Origin: a virus | Virus record (IMG/VR): IMGVR_UViG_3300036760_000150 | Coordinates: 64,001-128,000 of that record | Length of the DNA: 64,000 nucleotides | Reading direction: 5' to 3' (one strand) | Shown: positions 28,101-36,500 of the stretch, in pieces | Position numbering within the stretch: the first letter of the stretch is position 1 | Layout: the number at the start of each line of letters is the position of its first letter | The notes under the pieces: model-generated | The model's input: only the letters and a program-made list of their open reading frames with translations | Told to the model about the DNA's origin: nothing | Database searches by the model: none | Position numbers and translations under genes: made by a program

Positions 28101-29771
28101 GAACTGCCTACTGGATTGGTCAACGATGATGTCGAACCTTCTAAACTTGCGTCTAGCGAGAAAGTATATACATCAGACGTCTTAGAAAAAGGCGTTAAAC
28201 AAAGGCTGTTCTACTTTAGTCCTGCAGAGGTGCCAGAAGAACATAAGCAGAAGGTGGCACAGTGGACAGATCCATTAGAGACAAATATATCTGGTGACAG
28301 AGAAGTGATACCTAGATTAGAAGGAAATGCTAGGATGAGGGCTCTGCATACTTTATCCAGCAAAACAAAGACTAGATGGAATCCTGATAAAAAAGAGAGA
28401 GAATTTTTATTACACCGAGGAGTGTCTGGAAGTGAACACAATCGTGTAATAAATAACGGACATGTAGAACATCCTGGTAAATCTTCGTGGTCTCCCAAAC
28501 ATACAACTGCCGTTAATTGGATGGATCAATATGGCGGTCTTGCTGATGAAGACCCCAGTGTACTATCTGCGTGGATACCAGAATCTAAGATACATCATGT
28601 TCCTATGCAGATTGGTGCCACAGAAAGAGTAGAGACCGTTAAGCCGGGTAATAAAAGATTTTCGCCAACAGGAAAGTTACAAGGTCCTATGGAGTGGCGC
28701 AACGAACACGAAGTGATCGTTGATCCTGGTAGTCATAAGGTGGCAACTGAAAAGGAAGTTAAGTCAACCGACAAGACCTCTGAGCCTACCGACATCAACG
28801 AGCGAATCAACCGTAAGATGACCAAGTCTGAGTATGATCCTGCCAAAGACGTCACAGCCTTCACATCTTTCTCTACAGAGCCTGGCGACATAGAGCTTGT
28901 GCGAGAGATCAACGAGATGATCGAGGCTGGTCACACCAGGCCGCTAGGTGAGAAAGGCTTGTTCACCGAGGATAGCTTCGTCGTCGGAGAGAAACCAGAT
29001 AACTCTTGGCTTATCAAGGTTGAGGTAGGAAACACGCCCGGCATTAAAGCTGTTCAGTACACCGGCCCTCAGTCTGTTAAAGAGGCCGCCTTCTACAAGG
29101 CCTCAGAACAAGTGTTCGGTCTGTCTCGCTTCGTGCCCAAGTCTGTGCTCGGTGAGGTGCAGACCAAGGACGTACCCAAACTGGCGGTGGCCATCAAGAT
29201 GCTGCCTCCTGAGTTCAAGAACGCCGCCGAGACAGAGGGTGACATCAAAGGTATGATGAAAGGTCTCCTTGAGAAGTACAAGGAGGCAGGTCTCTCTCAC
29301 ATGCTTGCGTTCATGCTCTACGTGTTGGGCGACCTCGATGCCCACGGCAACAACTTGATGACAGACGGGTACAACGTCGTGTTGATAGATCATGGCAGCT
29401 CGTTTGCCGACCTGTCTTCTGAGGACAAGTCTGACAAGAAGCAGTTCGTACCTTACATCTTGAGGCATGAGGGTTTCAAAGGTAAGTTGTCTGACAACGA
29501 CAAGCAGTCTCACATGCCGTTGATCGATAGCCCCGAGATAAGGGCTAACTTGAAAGAGTACATCATGTCTGTAGATCCTAAGAAGTTACATGACGTCGTA
29601 GTCAGCTACGGTCTAAATCCGGTACCATCAGTCACACGTCTTAAGGTCGCGCAGAAGATGCTTGAGCACTCAGACCACCCTGACGTATTAGTGAACTACG
29701 TTTGGATAAAAGGTGCACCTGCGGACCTAGTTGAAGAGCAAGAAGGAGTCGCACATGAAGTTGGAGCCTGA
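25170..29771 (+). CDS. Multi-enzyme polyvalent polyprotein, probably packaged in the head
   Basis: Transglycosylase (MES, GKYGLMP, AWKYG); DUF3293-like (FISAQ...GHYGYQERSFLV); HDYFGH domain; ART-like (LYHYS...YYY...GYNG); zincin HELAH; R-S-E ART (LHRG, SSWS, EHEVIV); kinase (IK, KEAAFY, DAHGNN, IDHG). Confidence 0.8.
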   Translation: MEDSNRKDILTSKDINESLTSDDTNLEKSVNTKLVHLATIASLLGVPYSSNMQPPKAVAAAPAVVPSATPHPGLEPIAYMESRNGRNQRHKLVTWGLNSGTKAVGKYGLMPLTVHETAKHDSTIGRMYPEFKTLDPIKDHDKYEKILLANPQVQDHIANSHWGRLTRTFGKDKNRAVYAWKYGITGAKTASHSDVSSAPYVREYNKHHNMLNVQTKKSLRKSEFQLPQHFSFISAQRGGDHNHDVHQRLYQDLRDSGFDPVEVTGHYGYQERSFLVPHTGSAVDRNKVEDLGRKYNQESVLHSSDLNNELVNLEDPTKSMRGSGISNDYSDAMYTELPGGSRFKLNLRKTEVLEKADGQPNPQARQVAEGYANSKGIKLRRLTPVKVNPQFATHVAGAYEKMPHSPSSPDTKRSYDALISETLDQFQHMKNAGLKISKIKPGMENPYKSSKDLFHDVQHNNHMWYFPTESGFGSSETRSDHPMLAPTEEMHEGKPMLANDVFRVVHDYFGHAKEGHAFGPNGEENAWQTHAQMYSPEARRAMTAETRGQNSWVNFGPHAAHNRSNPHQTVYADQKAGLLPDWAHAVDPTQAFSKSEDDDKVLYHYSQHPEPLKIIDPVFHGTGYPGAEGKRDDRVARAYYYDTPTGHEPDVISGATHMYTVKHPGNILDVASEEAEPFKEKARNQYGIIDYSDLERHMKDAGYNGYKNTASAIPNAVALFHPQQVDESRDLRKSEELEKASHNVREQKAKVFGTKANPPAGSQMREKHIEHINNFAKKFLNLEIRPSGGKINEATGQRRSESPKIGTDKPDWRSGQLEAQWNPEAIMHELAHLMLLPSGVGLKEGQRLMDKQYGEVQSKYGYMQQKRSQGEVQPMAAEQIIRRHLGLPASRVSIPVESKDAPPRVSVEAPDVVIGTRVPQPTKSGAVKWVDLIRQSRLLNTENRKRLEDIFSGNIKFHPELGWIPKKTSISTQKPKDELPTGLVNDDVEPSKLASSEKVYTSDVLEKGVKQRLFYFSPAEVPEEHKQKVAQWTDPLETNISGDREVIPRLEGNARMRALHTLSSKTKTRWNPDKKEREFLLHRGVSGSEHNRVINNGHVEHPGKSSWSPKHTTAVNWMDQYGGLADEDPSVLSAWIPESKIHHVPMQIGATERVETVKPGNKRFSPTGKLQGPMEWRNEHEVIVDPGSHKVATEKEVKSTDKTSEPTDINERINRKMTKSEYDPAKDVTAFTSFSTEPGDIELVREINEMIEAGHTRPLGEKGLFTEDSFVVGEKPDNSWLIKVEVGNTPGIKAVQYTGPQSVKEAAFYKASEQVFGLSRFVPKSVLGEVQTKDVPKLAVAIKMLPPEFKNAAETEGDIKGMMKGLLEKYKEAGLSHMLAFMLYVLGDLDAHGNNLMTDGYNVVLIDHGSSFADLSSEDKSDKKQFVPYILRHEGFKGKLSDNDKQSHMPLIDSPEIRANLKEYIMSVDPKKLHDVVVSYGLNPVPSVTRLKVAQKMLEHSDHPDVLVNYVWIKGAPADLVEEQEGVAHEVGA

Positions 29772-30402
29772 GATGATATTGCACAAAAGTATCGTAGGTA
29801 TCTATAAAGACGGACCCGTATGTCATTTAGTTACTAAGGGTGGATATCATATGATGTATTCCGCACGTCCTAATTGTGCATATGAACTACTGTCTGTTGG
29901 CAGCCATCGGGCAGTCGCAAAGCATATGGCAGATATGAAATATAATGGTGAGATAAAATGGGACAACGAGAAACTCTACAAGGCAGACCGCTTGGAAGTT
30001 CTACCTGAGTCCAACCCTTCAAACCATATGGCATTGGCCGATCATCATGCGGTGTTACACAACAAGTACGTCGAGATGGGAAAGAATCCGTCTAAGCATG
30101 CAGACGAGGTCAACTCATACTACAGGGCTTTCATACCGGACCACAAAGACATGGATGACTTCCAACTGAAGCATGACATACACATGCATGCACTGGGACA
30201 TGAAGATACTGCCATCAAAAATTACCAGATGGCAGGTTTGGATAGAAAAGCTGCTTACGAACGGTTGAAGTCGCAGGTCAACCACGCTACACCTCTCAAC
30301 GCCAAAGCTCCGTTCAGTGATGATCAACTTCACAGGGCGTGGAACCATAAACACGCAGACCAGCGTGCGCCAGGCGGCATTGGGTATGATCAAACTAAGT
30401 AA
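29755..30402 (+). CDS. Putative internal head protein
   Basis: SD AAGGAG then ATG 29755; N-terminal domain ends at LYK|AD, then a His-rich helical part. Confidence 0.55.
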   Translation: MKLEPEMILHKSIVGIYKDGPVCHLVTKGGYHMMYSARPNCAYELLSVGSHRAVAKHMADMKYNGEIKWDNEKLYKADRLEVLPESNPSNHMALADHHAVLHNKYVEMGKNPSKHADEVNSYYRAFIPDHKDMDDFQLKHDIHMHALGHEDTAIKNYQMAGLDRKAAYERLKSQVNHATPLNAKAPFSDDQLHRAWNHKHADQRAPGGIGYDQTK

Positions 30403-30410
30403 GGTAGGTT

Positions 30411-31289
30411 ATGTCAGACTCATCAGATAGAAAACCAGAAGATAGGGTAGATATACCAATACAGTACCATGATCCCTTTGAGGCCGTAAGAACTTCTCTT
30501 GACGCCGAAGGCTCTTTCATCTCAAACAACGGAGTGTTGTTCGCTCACTGGAAAGCCATGCCGTGTGTAATCGGTCAAAAAGATCTGGATGGCATAAGGA
30601 AAAGTTTTGACCATGCTTACGAGAATGCTGGATGTCCGATGAAGTGTGAGAACGGTTTTTCATACGAGTTCTCTGGCTACGTCTATGGAATCTTTGTTAG
30701 TAACTCGAAGAACTCGGCCAAGATGCCAGGTGGATTCGTGCCTAACGGCCAAGCATACGTCACCCTTAATAGGTACTACAAGAACACCGAGACATCAGCC
30801 TACTTCAGCGAGTACGACAAGCTCATACCTCACGAGTGTCCTGAAGACTTCAAGGCTGAGAATTTCCAGAAGTTCCAACATAACCCTAGCGGCGTAGACC
30901 GTCTTCAGTTCCCTGCTCACAAAGTTCAGTTCCTACACGACTCTGACGGCAAGAGGTACACCCAAGACGTCGACTTCACCGTGGTAGACGGTCAGATAAA
31001 GTGGGGAGACAACCGTCCTGGATTCGACAACCAAGGTAAGCCTAAGATCTGCTCTGTCAGGTACACGTACCAACCGTACTACTACGTGAAGTACGTGCTG
31101 CACGAGCAGAGGCTTAAGGTGCAGGTTGATCCTTACACCCAGGAAGGAAAGGTCAAGACAGGTCCTACACAGTGCCTAGTCGAGCAGGACTTCGTGTTCC
31201 TAGACAGCAGGTTCAAGGACAACCAGAAGGACAGCCAGCTCGAGTCGGGCAAAGGCGGCAACAGCGGGCCTGAGTACGGGCCTCGTTAA
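30411..31289 (+). CDS. Neck / head-closure protein
   Basis: WKAMPC...CENGF...SVRY...YYV pattern of Herelleviridae-like neck proteins. Confidence 0.62.
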   Translation: MSDSSDRKPEDRVDIPIQYHDPFEAVRTSLDAEGSFISNNGVLFAHWKAMPCVIGQKDLDGIRKSFDHAYENAGCPMKCENGFSYEFSGYVYGIFVSNSKNSAKMPGGFVPNGQAYVTLNRYYKNTETSAYFSEYDKLIPHECPEDFKAENFQKFQHNPSGVDRLQFPAHKVQFLHDSDGKRYTQDVDFTVVDGQIKWGDNRPGFDNQGKPKICSVRYTYQPYYYVKYVLHEQRLKVQVDPYTQEGKVKTGPTQCLVEQDFVFLDSRFKDNQKDSQLESGKGGNSGPEYGPR

Positions 31290-31296
31290 CTAGTGA

Positions 31297-31328
31297 AAAC
31301 ACATACTTAGCTTAAAGTCTTAATTTTA
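31297..31328 (+). promoter_or_regulatory. Putative late promoter
   Basis: aaacacatacTTA-gcttaaagt-CTTAATTTTA. Confidence 0.72.
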
Positions 31329-31358
31329 CTGAAGAATCTTAATCCTAGGAGAAGTGAG

Positions 31359-31742
31359 ATGGGCAAGAGAACAAGACAGTCTGGAAGTAACTATGACCCG
31401 CAGTCGGCTGCGGCGAACACGTACAGTGAGTACTCCGGTGCTCAGAAGAACGTGCCGTCCGGTTGGGCTCGGTCTAGGTTCATCGGTGACGCCACCACGG
31501 CAAAAGCCATCCTCCCTGGACAGAACTTCGCCATCTACAACAACGCCGGAGCCGTTGCCTTCGTCTCATTCTACCCGACAGGATCTGCTGTTGCAGCAGA
31601 CTCCACCAACGGCGTTCCCATCCCCCCCAACGATTACCTGTACCTCAACAGCTCCGACAACGACTTCGTGATCGCCAGCGCAGCCACAGTTCTGATCTAC
31701 GAGATCAGAGACGAGACCTCATACCAAAGACCTCCAGCGTAA
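31359..31742 (+). CDS. Small virion structural protein
   Basis: SD AGGAG; beta-rich; behind a late promoter. Confidence 0.6.
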   Translation: MGKRTRQSGSNYDPQSAAANTYSEYSGAQKNVPSGWARSRFIGDATTAKAILPGQNFAIYNNAGAVAFVSFYPTGSAVAADSTNGVPIPPNDYLYLNSSDNDFVIASAATVLIYEIRDETSYQRPPA

Positions 31743-31754
31743 GAGAGAACCTAG

Positions 31755-32702
31755 ATGCGATACGACAAGCTACTTAAGTCTGTGATGGGTGAGGACCTCT
31801 ACGAGAGTCTTCACAAAGCCCTGCAGAAGCTGACGACAAGCTCTGTCGTCGACATAGGCGAGTTGTACCACAGCCTCAAGGTTGCCCCCAAGGCGGTGGT
31901 AGCCTTCCTGGTTCGCGAGCTTAAAGACATGAAGGACGCCAAGGAAGTCAAGCTACCTTGGGCTGAGAACGCATCGATGCTGGTCAACAAACTAGACAGT
32001 GATGTGTACCAAGGTCACATCGTCGAAGATGGTCACATCAAACATGAGTTTCGACTGTCATCTCTACCTGCCCTGGCGGCTCACCTAACCTCTCATTTTG
32101 AACTATACGACGAGGACCAGGAAGAGGAGGCTAAACCTGATCAGTTAGATGACGGTAAAGTCAAAGCTCTTGAGTCTAAACTCAACCAGCTGCAGATACA
32201 GGCCCTTGAGGCTAAGATAAACAGCCTGATGGCACTTGTCTCTGCTAAGGTGACACAGCCAGTGGTGAAGGTAGACGACCTCAGCAAAGCTGGTCTCATG
32301 CCTAAGATGCCCTCACCTCCCAAGCCTGGGATCAAGGTAGGCGGCAACCAGGGCATAATGACGGGTGGTGTGAAGGGCGACAAGACCGCAGCCACCGACA
32401 GGATGAGTAAACCCGTCAAGTCTCTCATCGGTAAACCGATGCTGAACACACCTCCTGTTAAGTCTAAATTGTTGACGTTCAACAAGTCCGACATGATGAA
32501 GAACTGCATGGAGTGCAGAAAAAATGAGTTTGATAAATCTGGCAACTACACTGGATGTGATTGTTGGAAAGGGATGAGTAAGCCTAAGGTAAAGAAGAGT
32601 GATTCTGACACTGTAACTATTGAGCTACCTCAAGATTGGGACTCCGACGCCGTCGTCGCATTGATAAGGTCTGTGAAGAAGTATGGAAGAGAGTCAAACT
32701 GA
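31755..32702 (+). CDS. Putative internal head protein with C-terminal Zn finger
   Basis: LLK|S, LHK|A, LSK|A, FNK|S and VKK|S sites; CMEC...CDC. Confidence 0.55.
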   Translation: MRYDKLLKSVMGEDLYESLHKALQKLTTSSVVDIGELYHSLKVAPKAVVAFLVRELKDMKDAKEVKLPWAENASMLVNKLDSDVYQGHIVEDGHIKHEFRLSSLPALAAHLTSHFELYDEDQEEEAKPDQLDDGKVKALESKLNQLQIQALEAKINSLMALVSAKVTQPVVKVDDLSKAGLMPKMPSPPKPGIKVGGNQGIMTGGVKGDKTAATDRMSKPVKSLIGKPMLNTPPVKSKLLTFNKSDMMKNCMECRKNEFDKSGNYTGCDCWKGMSKPKVKKSDSDTVTIELPQDWDSDAVVALIRSVKKYGRESN

Positions 32703-33555
32703 CAAGGTAGTTGCCATAGTCAGCGTCTACCTGTCAAATCAGATAAAAGACGACGACGATCTACGTGACCAGAACATGTATGTCAGTCGTCTTGAGAAGT
32801 TATGTCATGCCGTCGTGGTAAGCAAAGGTGGACAGGTCACACCTGTGCCTGCTGCCATGGGTATGGGCGACGCGTTCAAACTAGACATCCCCGTCGATGA
32901 GATCACATGCGTGAAACAGCTTGTCTGTCAGGCCAAGGAAGACGAGAGTCTACGTCTGTGTGTTGGTCTAGGACATGACATAGTAGAGGCTAAGTACGCA
33001 CTAGAGCATGCTATGCTTGAAGGACCATGCTCCATAGTCGTCTACCACCCTGACATGGAACCTAAAGAAGAGGTCAAGAAGTCAGAGCCTGAGCGTGAGA
33101 AGGCTCTACAGATACTGCAGACCATCAAGCAGAACATGCAGGTGTTTGAGAAGATGAAGCAAGAGAACCCTCAGATGTACTCGCATGTGTTAGAGACGCT
33201 TAAAGGTCTTGTGCAGGCTGTTGGCTCCAAGAAAGGTCACGCCGACAAGATCAACAACACTGGTGATAACATACAAGATCTGATAGACAACGTTCAGTCA
33301 GGCTACGAAGACGACGATCAAGATGCAGCCCAAGAAGCTGTGGATGCCCTACCTAAGCCTGACGCTGTTCCTCAACAACCGCAACCTGCAGAAGAGCAGC
33401 AACCTCAAGTTGGCCTCAACAAACAGCTGCTTGCTGCTGCCCTTAGACAGGGTGGCAAGACAGATGATTCTCGTCCAGACTTCAGCGATAGTGAAGATCC
33501 TGAGTTCATGGAGGCGCTGTACGACGTCATAATGAGTGGAGACACAAGTGCCTAA
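32683..33555 (+). CDS. Degenerate mCpol/GGDEF-like domain protein with acidic tail
   Basis: GG....GMGDAF (GGDE position) and LCVGLGHDIVEAKYALEHAMLEGPCSIVVY (S.G.G....A..AL..AK..G pattern). Confidence 0.5.
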   Translation: MEESQTDKVVAIVSVYLSNQIKDDDDLRDQNMYVSRLEKLCHAVVVSKGGQVTPVPAAMGMGDAFKLDIPVDEITCVKQLVCQAKEDESLRLCVGLGHDIVEAKYALEHAMLEGPCSIVVYHPDMEPKEEVKKSEPEREKALQILQTIKQNMQVFEKMKQENPQMYSHVLETLKGLVQAVGSKKGHADKINNTGDNIQDLIDNVQSGYEDDDQDAAQEAVDALPKPDAVPQQPQPAEEQQPQVGLNKQLLAAALRQGGKTDDSRPDFSDSEDPEFMEALYDVIMSGDTSA

Positions 33556-36500
33556 GATCCAGAAGATGCCAGCTGCAGAGGCTGAGCAACATGTAAACAA
33601 CCTGAGCTTGCCCGCCAGCAAGTTGGCCGAGATAGCTGGTCAGCACACAGACAACCCTGAGATCATGCAGGCTATCGCTAAGCATCCTAATGCCGGACCT
33701 CAGGCCCTAGACATAGCCTACAGGTCAGATATGGCTGACAGTGCCCTTGAGCACCCTAACGTGTCGCAGAAGACTGTCGAGCATGCGTTCAACAGGTTCG
33801 TTGAACCAAACGAGCCTAAAGATCTTGAGTACGAACATAAAGACATAGCACTTCATCCCAAGTTGCCTCAAGAAAAGAAAGACACTTTGGTCATGAAGAT
33901 CATGAACTCTAAAGACAAAGGTACTTGGAGTGACATGATAGCTAACAATTACTTTGACAAAGGTCATGCTTCAGAGGCTATGGTACAGCATGCACTTCAA
34001 CACCCGGATGTTGACTACACAGCTCATGCCTTACAGTCTCCCACGGTGTCAGATGAGCATGTTAAGACTGCAGCGGCCAGGAAAGACTTTGACTACGAGC
34101 AAGCCAAAAAGGCGATTGAGAACAAAGCCCTGTCACCTGAGTCTATAGCTTTCTTGTACAACAAGTTCAGGGGCAAAGAGGGTGAGAACACCTACTGGCG
34201 AGATAAGATCGAAGGTAACCTGACAGAGAACCCCAACACCCCACCTGAGATAATCAGCAAGCTTGCGAGTAAGCGTAGTCCTCACCGTCGCGATGCCATG
34301 CAACACCCAGCTTTTCCCGAGAAAGAGTTGCACAACATGGTCAAAGAAGGTGACGAGGATGCCATAGATGCAGCGTTGCCTCGCAGCGACACACCTGAGG
34401 AAGTACTTCGTCACATACACGCACACCTGCCAGATGACGCAAACTACAAGTGGGGTAAAGGAAGATCTTTGGTCAGGCATCCTAACTACCCAGAGGATCT
34501 TCAACTTAAGAGTGCTAAAGGTAGCACAGATGAGGCCAGAGCCTTACTTAAGAGGGAGCAGCTGTCTAAGCCCGTCTTAGATCAACTTGTGAGCCACAAG
34601 AACACCAACCTGGCTGTCGATGCTTTGAAGCATAAGGCAATCACTCCAGAGACAGTGTTGCTGGCGTACAACAGGAAAGCTAAAGATGTCGCTGGTGCTG
34701 CTGGCCTACATCGTCTGTTGCCCAAAGAGTTGAAGATCAACCGAGCTGTCGAGAACGAAGACACAGCTGTAAAATTAGCCGACATATCAAACGACAAAGA
34801 TGTCCTTAGGTCTATCGCTGAGAGGTGGGGTAACAAAGATTCAGTTCGTGGAAGACTGTTACGTAACCATAACTTAGACGGTGACACCCTGCACAATCTG
34901 GTGAGTCACCAGATCCAGGCCACAGGTAGTCGAGCGACTTATTTTCCCAACAACTTAGATGAACATCCCAACATGAAGCCTGAGACTCGCATGATGATGA
35001 TCAAACATCCAAGTGCTTCATACAAGGCTTTCTCTCACATCAACTTGACCCCAGATGAGGCTAGAGAAGGCCTTCGTCACTGGGCAACTGAGGATCGCGA
35101 CCTAGCTGGCGACTATGCTACTGGACTTCTCACTCATCCTAACACAGATCCTGAACTTGCCAAAGAGATCGTCTCTGGTACATACGGGAAGCTTAACAAC
35201 CGACAGCTGCGTTCAGATGAGCTTGAGGAGTTCGTCAAGTCGCATCCTTTGGTGTACACCAAAGGTGTTGTCAAGGCTGCCCTTGAGACTCCTCACGAGT
35301 TGACTGACAAGAACGCCGTTGGACAGATCGCCAAGGGTGCTGATAGCTTGTCTGCCAAAGACATAGCTGAGTATGTAGATGGCGTCAAGAAGATGAAGTT
35401 CGGCGGTGATCGTGACAAAGAAGATTTCTACCATTCAGTAGCTGTGGACATGGTTAGAAATCCTAATGCAGATCCTCATTTTTTAGTTGGACTTGTAGAT
35501 AGGTCACTCAATAACAGTCAACAGACACAGCATGATATCAAACTTGCCAATGCTGCCATACACAACCCAAGCTACCCTAAAAAACATCTAGAAGAGATCA
35601 TAAGACACCCCAAGTTCCCTGAAGACAACGGTAACTTACGTGGTGACCTAACAGGTTTCATAAAAGATAAGATCTACGAACCTGAGATGAAAGAACTCAG
35701 AGACAAAGCGTTGGTCGAGTCTAATCATCCTCAGTTCGTTACAGATCTACTAACTACTAGGTTTAAAGACCAAGAGGACCCCAAGCTAGTCGAGAAGGCT
35801 CTCTCTAACCCACACCCTGAAGTTGTAAAAGACGTATTGGGCTACCTGTCTAACAAGTCAACGCAGATGTCAGGCGCTAATGACTCACGCAGCAGGCAGA
35901 TAAGAGACTACGTAGATCAACTTGCAGACCACGCAGATCCGTCAGTGCGAGCTGCTGCGTTTGAGATGATGTCTCCAGAGGCACAAGCTAAGATGACCCA
36001 AGGTCAAGACTTGATGTCAAACCCAGAACTCATACAAGGCTTATCAAGAGAGAACGCCGAGAAGTTGAAGATAGAGTCACATCATAGTTTGGACGCTATC
36101 CAGCAGCTCCTAAAACATAAGTACGCTCATTGGCAGCATTTTGAGCAGGCAGTTAACCACTCCCAAGAAGGAGCTGAGCTAGCACATAAGATATTATCTG
36201 CTAAGATCGAAGGTGAGGATCGTCCATCAAAGAAAGACGTAGAAGGTCTAGGTTACATACAAGAGAAACTACTTGATAAGTACTCAGACTCCTCTGCCTC
36301 AAGGTTCATAGCTAGAACCACACCCAACACACTTGTGCTGGACAAGATAGTCAACGACCCTCGTCTGTTCAACAAGTTTGGTGGTAACATAACAGAAAAC
36401 GACCATGCCTTGTCTCGTCACCTTGACAGCTTCACTAAGTTGAAAGGTGAGAGTCACGCCAGCCTGATGAGCGACCTGGCCGCTCATCCTAAGGCTAGCA

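Noticed and set aside
33536-33555. Programmed frameshift joining ORF 32683 to the 1.9k-aa ORF
   Set aside because: No slippery sequence, and a GGAG SD with GTG 33548 explains an independent start.
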